Origin: Candidatus Campbellbacteria bacterium
GTDB lineage: Bacteria > Patescibacteriota > Minisyncoccia > Phycocordibacterales > EsbW-18
DNA length: 61,863 nt
Direction of reading: 5' to 3'
NCBI GenBank assembly: GCA_045863475.1
Contig: BTUR01000002.1
Coordinates: 79,553-141,415 of the forward strand
In this document: one piece after another, positions 55,311 through 61,863 of the stretch
Numbering within the stretch: position 1 is the stretch's first letter
Layout: the number at the start of each line of letters is the position of its first letter
Position numbers and translations under genes: made by a program
The notes under the pieces: generated by a model
Database searches by the model: none
What the model saw: the letters and a program-made list of their open reading frames with translations, nothing else
Told to the model about the DNA's origin: nothing

Positions 55311-56599
55311 ACATCCGACAACTATGCATCCAATCCGCCCTCGTCATAGCGCTTTTTACACTTTCTTCGTTTGCCTCTGCAGCATCGCTTGATGACCTCT
55401 ATGACAAAATTGAGGAGAAGCAATCGCAGATTGAACAGGTGGAGCGCGACATCAAAAAGTACGAGGCCGAGTTGCAGAAAGTCGGCGCAGAGCGCTCAAC
55501 ACTGGAGGGTGCTATTGCGGAGTTGAATCTCACGCGTCAGAAACTGCTCTCAGACATAACGCTCACGCAAAAGAAAATCGAACAGACGGAGTACTCCATC
55601 GAAACACTCTCCATCACTATTGATGAGCAGGAGGCGCGCATCACACGCAACAACAACGTCTTGCGCAACGCACTCCAGACCGTGTACACAACCGACAACG
55701 AAACTTTTGTGGAGATTGTGCTCGGACGCGACTCGTTCAACGAGTTGTGGACCGAAATAGACCAACTTGAACAGATTCAAGAGACGGTTCAAAACGAACT
55801 TGTTGCACTGCGCGAACTCAAAGAAGAGCTCTCCACACAGCGTGCGGAGGAACAGAAAGAATACGACGCGCTCTATTCATACAAATCCAAACTCGACGGA
55901 CAAAAAAAGGTCGTTGAAGTGAACAAACAGCAAAAAGACCAGCTCCTCTCCACCACAAAAAGCAAAGAAGCGGAGTATCAGCGGCTTTTGGAAGAAAAAC
56001 GCGCCGCGGCAAAACAATTTGAAAGCGAATTGCAGGATTATGAAGCGCAATTGCAGTACGCACAGGACCCGAGCAAACTCCCGGAAAAGGGAAGTGGGGT
56101 GCTCTCCTGGCCAATTGAGAATCCGTACCTCACCCAAGGCTATGGCTTGACAAGTTTTGCAAGAAGTGGTTCTTACGGGTACGACAAATCAGGCCAGCCG
56201 AATCCGCACCGCGGCGTGGACTTCCGCGCATCAGTTGGCACGCCGGTTCTCGCGGCAACGTCCGGCACGGTTCGCGATGCGGTAAACATGGATGCGGTGC
56301 GCGGATGCTACTCGTACGGCAAATGGATTTTGATTGATCACGACAACGGACTCTCAACGCTCTATGCGCACCTTTCCGTGATGTCCGTGGTCTCCGGCGA
56401 ATACGTAAAGACCGGTCAGATCATCGGCTACGCGGGCGCATCGGGATATGCAACGGGTCCGCACCTGCACTTTACGGTATTTGACCGCGACGCGGTGAAA
56501 GTATCGCCGTTTTCATGGAGTATCGGCTGTAAGAACACGAAAGTTCCGTACGCACCGTACGAAGCATACCTCGACCCGATGGAATATTTGCCGGACTAG
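55307..56599 (+). CDS. M23-family peptidoglycan endopeptidase with an N-terminal coiled-coil
   Basis: HRGVDF, LYAHLS and GPHLHF motifs. The start overlaps the gltX stop in an ATGA. Confidence 0.85.
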   Translation: MNIRQLCIQSALVIALFTLSSFASAASLDDLYDKIEEKQSQIEQVERDIKKYEAELQKVGAERSTLEGAIAELNLTRQKLLSDITLTQKKIEQTEYSIETLSITIDEQEARITRNNNVLRNALQTVYTTDNETFVEIVLGRDSFNELWTEIDQLEQIQETVQNELVALRELKEELSTQRAEEQKEYDALYSYKSKLDGQKKVVEVNKQQKDQLLSTTKSKEAEYQRLLEEKRAAAKQFESELQDYEAQLQYAQDPSKLPEKGSGVLSWPIENPYLTQGYGLTSFARSGSYGYDKSGQPNPHRGVDFRASVGTPVLAATSGTVRDAVNMDAVRGCYSYGKWILIDHDNGLSTLYAHLSVMSVVSGEYVKTGQIIGYAGASGYATGPHLHFTVFDRDAVKVSPFSWSIGCKNTKVPYAPYEAYLDPMEYLPD

Positions 56600-56648
56600 T
56601 AACTATCAACACCAAAAGCGCGCGACGCATTTAAACGTGTTATAACGA

Positions 56649-56960
56649 ATGCATATGAAGCATCACGTACCACACAGTGGCGGATTCCTCCAAATCATCC
56701 TCATTATTGTCATCGCATTGATTGTGCTGGGATACTTCAGCATCAACATCGCGGACATCATGGCGTCTCCGGTTGTTAAAGAAAACCTCGCATACGCGTG
56801 GAACCTCGCAAAAGAGGTCTGGGGGAACTACTTAAGCGGACCTGCGACATGGGTCTGGGAGCATATCATCAGTGTTTTGTGGGATTTATTCCTTGAAGGC
56901 GTTGGAAATCTGAAAGAGAACGGTGGACAGATTCCGGTGGAAGAAGTTGTGGTTCAGTAA
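56649..56960 (+). CDS. Small membrane protein (hypothetical)
   Basis: 103 aa with one strong TM (FLQIILIIVIALIVLGYF). Confidence 0.4.
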   Translation: MHMKHHVPHSGGFLQIILIIVIALIVLGYFSINIADIMASPVVKENLAYAWNLAKEVWGNYLSGPATWVWEHIISVLWDLFLEGVGNLKENGGQIPVEEVVVQ

Positions 56961-56981
56961 GTCGATTAAAACAAAAGGGAG

Positions 56982-57018
56982 AAAATTGCGCGACTGAGGA
57001 TACCAGTCGCGCAATTTT
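56982..57018. terminator. Bidirectional intrinsic terminator
   Basis: AAAATTGCGCGACTG (56982-56996) pairs with CAGTCGCGCAATTTT (57004-57018). Confidence 0.75.
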
Positions 57019-57073
57019 CGTTATCTTTTGCGACATTTATAGGGAGTTCGAAGCGGTAGAGTATGCCGCAAAA

Positions 57074-57190
57074 GCGATTGTGCGACGATGAGTACAGTGT
57101 ACGCACAATCGCGCCATCTTTTCCGACGTTATTGAGAAGGGGTCTTCTGAAACCCTGAGTATAACGTCGGAAAAGATATATTGTGCGACG
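57074..57190. repeat. Two consecutive long perfect hairpins plus an 11-nt direct repeat in a convergent intergenic region
   Basis: GCGATTGTGCG (57074-57084) pairs with CGCACAATCGC (57102-57112). ATCTTTTCCGACGTTAT (57116-57132) pairs with ATAACGTCGGAAAAGAT (57161-57177). ATTGTGCGACG occurs at both 57077-57087 and 57180-57190. Confidence 0.7.
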
Positions 57191-57228
57191 TTACATCTCT
57201 AGAACCCTGGGTACCTCCCTATACGGGA

Positions 57229-57621
57229 TTATTGACAGTTTTTTGCTTTCGTGAGACCTGCTTGTTGTGCCACGTCTTCACTCGCATACCATATTTTATT
57301 TTCTTCTTTAATCTGGCTGGCACCGGCACACCAGGGGTAGTGGTAGCGGGAACCGCTCTTGGAGGCGACGACCCTTCCCCCTGCCCCCGACAGGGGGTCG
57401 CTGTTTTCAGACCCTTTGAGAGCCCCTAAAACGCCCTCCGGCGAGACTTTTATGAAGACGTCGGCGTCGGTGCCTGGGGCGTCTTGGGACGCGGATACAG
57501 GCGATCTCGGGTAGACGGATACGGGGCATCTGACTTCCCTATTTTGACCGATTTTTACGGCCCCGTAGGAGAGGACTGCCACACATACCGTGCAGAGGAC
57601 GACTACCCCATTCCGGGCCAC
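57229..57621 (-). CDS. Membrane-anchored protein with a C-terminal Cys-containing (Ada-like metal-binding) motif
   Basis: The C-terminus SRYHYPWCAGASQIKEENKIWYASEDVAQQAGLTKAKNC. The start is uncertain: a GTG at 57621 gives an N-terminal TM, and longer starts would overlap the rpmA promoter. Confidence 0.45.
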   Translation of the reverse strand: MARNGVVVLCTVCVAVLSYGAVKIGQNREVRCPVSVYPRSPVSASQDAPGTDADVFIKVSPEGVLGALKGSENSDPLSGAGGRVVASKSGSRYHYPWCAGASQIKEENKIWYASEDVAQQAGLTKAKNCQ

Positions 57622-57637
57622 CGTGAGGATTCGGGTC

Positions 57638-57666
57638 TTGTTATTTAGAGCAAAAACCTGTATACT
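57638..57666 (+). promoter_or_regulatory. Promoter TTGTTA-N17-TATACT upstream of rpmA
   Basis: Hexamers at 57638-57643 and 57661-57666. Confidence 0.5.
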
Positions 57667-57696
57667 CCCTTTTGCTTTTTCAAATAAGAACGACAT

Positions 57697-57972
57697 ATGG
57701 CACATAGGAAAGCCGGAGGAACAGCTAAAAACCTGCGCGACTCAAACCCAAAATTCTTGGGTGTTAAAATCGCAGACGGACAGAAAGCTAAGCCGGGGGC
57801 AATCATCGTCCGCCAGCGCGGCACACGCATCGAGGCTGGAAAGAACGTCCGTATGGGTAAAGACCACACGCTCTTCTCAACGGCAAACGGCACGGTGAAA
57901 TTCCGCATGAAGCGCGTTGTGCGTTTCAACGGCACACCCGCCCGTCAGAAGATTGTAGACGTGCTCGCATAA
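57697..57972 (+). CDS. rpmA: 50S ribosomal protein L27
   Basis: [24 protein letters not shown] start. Confidence 0.95.
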   Translation: MAHRKAGGTAKNLRDSNPKFLGVKIADGQKAKPGAIIVRQRGTRIEAGKNVRMGKDHTLFSTANGTVKFRMKRVVRFNGTPARQKIVDVLA

Positions 57973-57981
57973 AGAAAACTT

Positions 57982-58011
57982 AAAAGGCCCGCTCGAGAGA
58001 GCGGGCCTTTT
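57982..58011. terminator. Bidirectional intrinsic terminator between rpmA and rplI
   Basis: GGCCCGCTC pairs with GAGCGGGCC, with a GAGA loop, flanked by AAAA and TTTT. Confidence 0.85.
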
Positions 58012-58021
58012 CGTATTCGTA

Positions 58022-58468
58022 TTATTTCTGAGCCTCAACGCGGACGGTAATCGTTCCCATGATGTTGCCGATACCAACTTTCATCTGTGTATCCCCCACT
58101 TCTTTGATGGGGTGGTCCAGGTGCATGCAGTCCGGCGGAATCTCCACGCCGAGTTGGTCGTACGCGCAACTCGCAATGCGCTCTTTGTGTAATGCGCCGA
58201 AGAGGTGTCCTTGTTCATTTACTTTCTCACTAATCGTCACCGTCTTTCCGTCAATTTTTTTGATACAGTGTGCAACTTGCTCCTCATGCATGACTTTCTT
58301 CTCCGAGAGTTCTGCTTTTCGCTGTGCAACCATCGCGCGCGTCGCCGGCGTTGCTGCCTGTGCGAGCCCTTGCGGGATAAGGCAGTGAAGCGCGTAGCCG
58401 TCAGCGACGGTTACAATGTCAAAACGCTTTCCAACTTTTGCGACGTCTTTGAGTAATACGACTTCCAT
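58022..58468 (-). CDS. rplI: 50S ribosomal protein L9
   Basis: MEVVLLKDVAKVGKRFDIVTVADGYA start. Confidence 0.93.
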   Translation of the reverse strand: MEVVLLKDVAKVGKRFDIVTVADGYALHCLIPQGLAQAATPATRAMVAQRKAELSEKKVMHEEQVAHCIKKIDGKTVTISEKVNEQGHLFGALHKERIASCAYDQLGVEIPPDCMHLDHPIKEVGDTQMKVGIGNIMGTITVRVEAQK

Positions 58469-58695
58469 AAGGCATTCATAATACTACAGGGTGCCACGTT
58501 TGAACATATCAACCCCGCCCGGGTTTTGCACAGGGGTGTATGTTCAAAAATACGAGACATCAGCACCCTTTTTTGGGCTTTATGCCCGAATCAGAAATTC
58601 CTGCGGGGTTGACCTTTCTCCGGGGAGCGCAAGAATAGAGGCAGGACAGATCTTTGGCGCACAACAACGACACAATAGAAAGGAGGTGATGCGGG

Positions 58696-58971
58696 GTGGA
58701 CACGAAGGGCGTTGAGGAACGAGCACAGCTTTTCCTCATCCAGAAGGAAGATGGGCGACGAATGATTTCCGGACTTGATGCGCTGGGCAGCGAACAACTG
58801 TTGTTTGCTGTTCTGGTCATCAAATACTCCGACGGTACCGGTGTCGTACGTTTCCCCAGAAGTGCTGAAAAACCGTTTTCGGTTGATCTCAAAGGGATGA
58901 CTGCCGAGGAGTTCGCACGGAAACTCCTTGCCGACGAGGAGACGGAGTATGGAATACCACGCATCGTGTAA
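58696..58971 (+). CDS. Hypothetical protein
   Basis: 91 aa with a GTG start 7 nt after a strong SD (GGAGGTGA). No known motif. Confidence 0.45.
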   Translation: MDTKGVEERAQLFLIQKEDGRRMISGLDALGSEQLLFAVLVIKYSDGTGVVRFPRSAEKPFSVDLKGMTAEEFARKLLADEETEYGIPRIV

Positions 58972-59044
58972 CACAGTGCGCCACGTAGCATGAGCCGACC
59001 TCGCCCAACATTGGGGAGACCACCGGCTCATTTTCGTTTCTTCC

Positions 59045-60253
59045 CTATTCAGAGAGAAGTATATCGACCGCCGCATCCAGCTGCGGGTCAACATCATTTT
59101 GAAAATCTTCAACACTGCGGAGAACTTCAACATCCGGCGTTAACCCGCCGTCTGAGATGGAGAGACCGTTTGGCGTGTACCATTTTCCAATAGTGATTTT
59201 GACCGACGTGTTGTTCGCAACCGAAATGAGTTCCTGCACGGAGCCTTTGCCGTACGTCGTCTCCCCTACCAGTACTGCGCGTCCGTGTTCCTGCAATGCA
59301 CCCGCCACAATTTCGGACGCCGATGCGGAGCCGCGATCAACGAGCACGACAACTTCTGTATCTTCCGGAACAAGTTTGTAGCCGAAACTGCGGTAGTCGC
59401 GGTTCTCCCTTCCCTGCTCAAATTTCTCGGACACGACGACTTCACCTTCCGGCAAGAAGTAGCTCGCGATTTCCACCGCAGAACCCAAAATGCCGCCGGG
59501 GTTGCCGCGCAAATCAAAAATGAGTTTGGTACTTCCTGAGGCGACGAACTCTTTGAGCGCGCGGTGCACTTTTTCAGATGACTGTCCGTCAAAGTTGTAC
59601 AACGAGAGTACGAAGATACCGTCGGGACGAAGCTCAGTATCGAGTGTCGGAATATCAATCCGCTCACGCGTAATCGTCATTTCCAAAAATTCATCTTCAC
59701 CCTCGCGCGAAATAGTGAGTGCAACTTTCGTGCCAACATCACCGCGAATGCGGTTCACCGCTTCGTCCACGGAAAGATCCAGCGTTGATTCTTCGTCAAT
59801 TTTGATGATCACATCGCCCGAACGGATACCTGCGCGCTCCGCCGGCGTACCCTTCAGTGGAGAAACGACGACAATCGCGCCTTCTTGCTGACCGATTTCC
59901 ATACCGACACCGCCGAAACTTCCCGCAATCATGTCATTGAAAAATTCAGTTTCTTCTGGCGGCAGGAAAACAGAATACGGGTCATCAAGCGACGCGACGA
60001 GTCCTGAAATTGCGCCCCATACTTTTTCCTGCGGGTCCACGTTATTCGGCTCGTAGTAGCGCTCATTGATGATGTTCCACACTTCCCAGAAGTCAGAAAA
60101 GTCAGCGGGTGTGGACGACGGCGTCTCGGTGTTAATGGCACCCGTCACCAACTCAACAGGGTCAACGGAGTCCTTTCCAATGAGAAAACCGGCGCCAAAC
60201 AGCACCACGCATAACAACAACAGCCCAAATCTTCGTGAAAATCCCCTATTCAT
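59045..60253 (-). CDS. ctpA: Carboxy-terminal processing (S41) peptidase with a PDZ domain
   Basis: PDZ (GIRSGDVIIKID), GNPGG and SASASE motifs. The start was moved to MNRGF at the right boundary of element A7. The 24 upstream codons of the track ORF lie inside the element. Confidence 0.88.
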   Translation of the reverse strand: MNRGFSRRFGLLLLCVVLFGAGFLIGKDSVDPVELVTGAINTETPSSTPADFSDFWEVWNIINERYYEPNNVDPQEKVWGAISGLVASLDDPYSVFLPPEETEFFNDMIAGSFGGVGMEIGQQEGAIVVVSPLKGTPAERAGIRSGDVIIKIDEESTLDLSVDEAVNRIRGDVGTKVALTISREGEDEFLEMTITRERIDIPTLDTELRPDGIFVLSLYNFDGQSSEKVHRALKEFVASGSTKLIFDLRGNPGGILGSAVEIASYFLPEGEVVVSEKFEQGRENRDYRSFGYKLVPEDTEVVVLVDRGSASASEIVAGALQEHGRAVLVGETTYGKGSVQELISVANNTSVKITIGKWYTPNGLSISDGGLTPDVEVLRSVEDFQNDVDPQLDAAVDILLSE

Positions 60254-60359
60254 CCCGTTAGAAATTAAACCCGATGTGTGTAATAAATTCACTCTAATAC
60301 AAAGATTGTGTCCCTTCCCCCACAAAACCCCGTTTAGACGACTTTCTAACGGGATTCAT
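60249..60359 (-). repeat. Type A start-codon inverted-repeat element, copy A7, at the S41 peptidase start (minus strand)
   Basis: Perfect 12-bp IR at 60253-60264 and 60343-60354; the minus strand reads TCCCGTTAGAAA...TTTCTAACGGGA. On the minus strand ATGAA occurs at 60359-60355 and 60253-60249. Confidence 0.8.
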
Positions 60360-60406
60360 AGCCAGAGTAGTATCGCATAGAGTAGAATGGAGTATCAAGG
60401 AATAAC

Positions 60407-61774
60407 ATGCTGCAGCTTTTTAACACGCTCACCAAAACGAAAGAACCGTTCTCCCCCGCCTCGGGCAACACCGCACGCGTCTACAACTGCGGCCCGACCG
60501 TCTACGACCGCGTCCACATCGGCAACCTCCGCGCCCTCCTCTTCGCCGACACGCTCCGGCGCGTGTTGCAGTACGCAGGTTTTGACGTACAGCAGGTCAT
60601 GAACATTACCGATGTTGGCCACCTCTCCTCCGACCAAGACGAGGGCGAGGACAAGATGATGAAAGGTTTGAAGCGCGACAACCTCCCCGTTTCCCTTGTG
60701 GGGCTGAAATCACTCGCCGACCGCTACACGGAATTATTCGCACAGGATATGGAGGCACTCAACGTGCTGCCACCTGCAGTCATGCCGCGCGCATCCGAAC
60801 ACATCCAAGACCAAATTGACCTCATCGTATGACTTGAAAAAAAGGGACTCACGTACACCACGTCAGACGGCGTCTACTTCTCCACCGGCGACTACCCTGA
60901 GTACGGGAAGCTCGGCGGGTTGTCAGAGAGTTCGGACGAGCACGCGCGTGTTGAAGGAAACGCGGAGAAAAAAAATCCGCGTGACTTCGCGCTGTGGAAA
61001 TTCAACGCGGAGCTCGGCTGGGAGTCACCGTGGGGCAAAGGATTTCCGGGCTGGCACATTGAGTGCTCCGCAATGTCCATGAAGTACCTCGGCGAGACAC
61101 TTGATATTCACACGGGCGGCATTGAACACATCTCCGTGCACCACAACAACGAAATCGCACAGGCAGAGGGCGCAACCGGAAAAACATTCTCGCGCTTTTG
61201 GCTCCACAACGACCACGTCCGCGTGGACGACCGCAAGATGGCGAAATCCGAAGGCACGGGACTCACACTTTCTGATATTGAAAAAGAAGGCATCACACCG
61301 CTCGCCTACCGCTACTGGGTGCTCACGGCGCATTACCGCTCCGCGGTGAACTTCACGCTGGACGCCGCGCGCGGCGCACACACCGCGTATGAAAAACTAA
61401 AGGCGCGTCTCGCCGACTTCCCTGACGCCGGCTCCGTTGACGCGGCATACGACGCGAAATTCCGCGAGGCCGTTGAAGACGACCTCAACACCCCGCAAGC
61501 AGTGTCGCTTGTCTGGGATCTTCTGCGCGATGAGGATGTAAAAGACGAGGATAAAAAAATGACCATTCTCGCATGGGATGCGGTGCTCGGATTGAAATTA
61601 AACGAAACGGAAGAACTGGTGATTCCCGAAGATGTTGCGGAGCTCTTGCATCGTCGAGAACTCGCCCGCGAAGCAAAGCACTGGGATATGGCCGACACGC
61701 TCCGTGGCGAAATTGAAGAAAAAGGATTTGTGGTGAAAGATACTCCCGAGGGACAAAAACTCTCCAGAAAATAG
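60407..61774 (+). pseudogene. cysS: Cysteine--tRNA ligase reading frame interrupted by one in-frame TGA (60830-60832)
   Basis: The two track ORFs (60407-60832 and 60920-61774) share one frame. The translation is CysRS-like on both sides of the stop (HIGN, ...DLIV*LEKKGLTYTTSDGVYF..., KMAKS). Confidence 0.85.
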
Positions 61775-61778
61775 AAAC

Positions 61779-61803
61779 GGCCCGCACGTCACCGGGCGGG
61801 CCT
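61779..61803 (+). terminator. Hairpin after cysS (weak terminator with no clear T-run)
   Basis: GGCCCGC (61779-61785) pairs with GCGGGCC (61797-61803). Confidence 0.4.
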
Positions 61804-61863
61804 GAAAAGTTTGTCGCGAACTCCGCCGAGAAACCACGCAACATGCGGGACGCAGGACTCACG

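Noticed and set aside
60254-60325. N-terminal extension of the S41 peptidase (MWGKGHNLCIRVNLLHTSGLISNG), and the similar extensions of GlyRS (31861) and MurG (52739)
   Set aside because: The extra codons lie inside repeat elements and arise from the read-through frame of the right repeat arm. The shorter starts give canonical N-termini.
6706-60359. Integron attC sites as the identity of the GTTAGAG...CTCTAAC repeats
   Set aside because: GTTAGAG resembles the GTTRRRY core, but the order is reversed: core first and inverse core last on either strand. There are no cassette ORFs between the sites, no integrase, and the sites are scattered at start codons rather than arrayed.
60830-60832. Genome-wide TGA reassignment (genetic code 25 or 4) as the explanation for the in-frame TGA in cysS
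   Set aside because: All other genes translate full length under the standard code. TGA also serves as the stop in three ATGA stop/start overlaps (17075-17078, 30175-30178, 55307-55310) and at the end of scpA.
60830-60900. Selenocysteine insertion at the cysS TGA
   Set aside because: The position aligns to a variable, non-catalytic residue of CysRS. I could not find a convincing SECIS-like hairpin in the 40 nt downstream.
1-61863. CRISPR arrays or tRNA/rRNA genes
   Set aside because: No regularly spaced direct repeats were found. The only T-loop-like string (GGTTCGATTCG, about 16265) has no acceptor or anticodon arms around it.

Overview
This is a compact, mostly housekeeping bacterial window with moderate to high GC. 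The core genes have almost no Shine-Dalgarno sequences. Many proteins look reduced: short AlaRS and AspRS, a delta-prime lacking a P-loop, and a PriA with degenerate ATPase motifs. By inference this fits a reduced-genome lineage such as Patescibacteria/CPR, but I cannot verify the taxon.

Core content:
- hisS, priA, murA, mreB, holB-like, nth
- a PduO-type cobalamin adenosyltransferase next to a class II (B12) ribonucleotide reductase
- udg, pepF, alaS
- the infA-rpmJ-rpsM-rpsK-rpsD-rpoA-rplQ-rplM-rpsI block
- grpE-dnaK-dnaJ, glyQS, trpS, aspS, scpAB
- a cell-wall cluster (dac, mraY, ftsW, murG), gltX, an M23 peptidase, rpmA, rplI, an S41 protease, and cysS

Accessory content:
- A GC-rich two-gene cassette (PD-(D/E)XK-like nuclease plus HhH-GPD-like glycosylase) lies between glyQS and trpS.
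- An accessory stretch of about 10 kb (36.1-46.4 kb) lies between trpS and aspS. It holds an AT-rich island (36.1-40.9 kb) with a GHKL/MutL-like ATPase, an unknown partner, a C5 methyltransferase and a MutH/Sau3AI-like nuclease. It also holds small enzymes, a stand-alone ClpP-like protease, an ABC exporter and small SD-bearing ORFs.

Most unusual signal: eight copies of an inverted-repeat element with termini TC[C/A]CGTTAGA(G/A).../...TCTAACG[G/T]GA. Seven of them sit exactly on a start codon and are flanked by a duplicated ATGAA, ATGAG or ATGGA. One 280-bp copy inside the dnaK operon carries a small GIY-YIG nuclease ORF that borrows the duplicated ATG and ends in an ATGA overlap with the displaced downstream ORF. 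A related second family (GTAYACCCCRTGAGATA / TATCTCACGGGGTAYAC, four copies) occupies gene junctions.

Other candidates:
- an unclassified structured RNA locus of about 0.7 kb with its own promoter and terminator (15.7-16.4 kb)
- a second structured RNA closed by a 13-bp helix (31.39-31.60 kb)
- a single in-frame TGA in cysS

All protein calls are made by eye from motifs. No database search was run.
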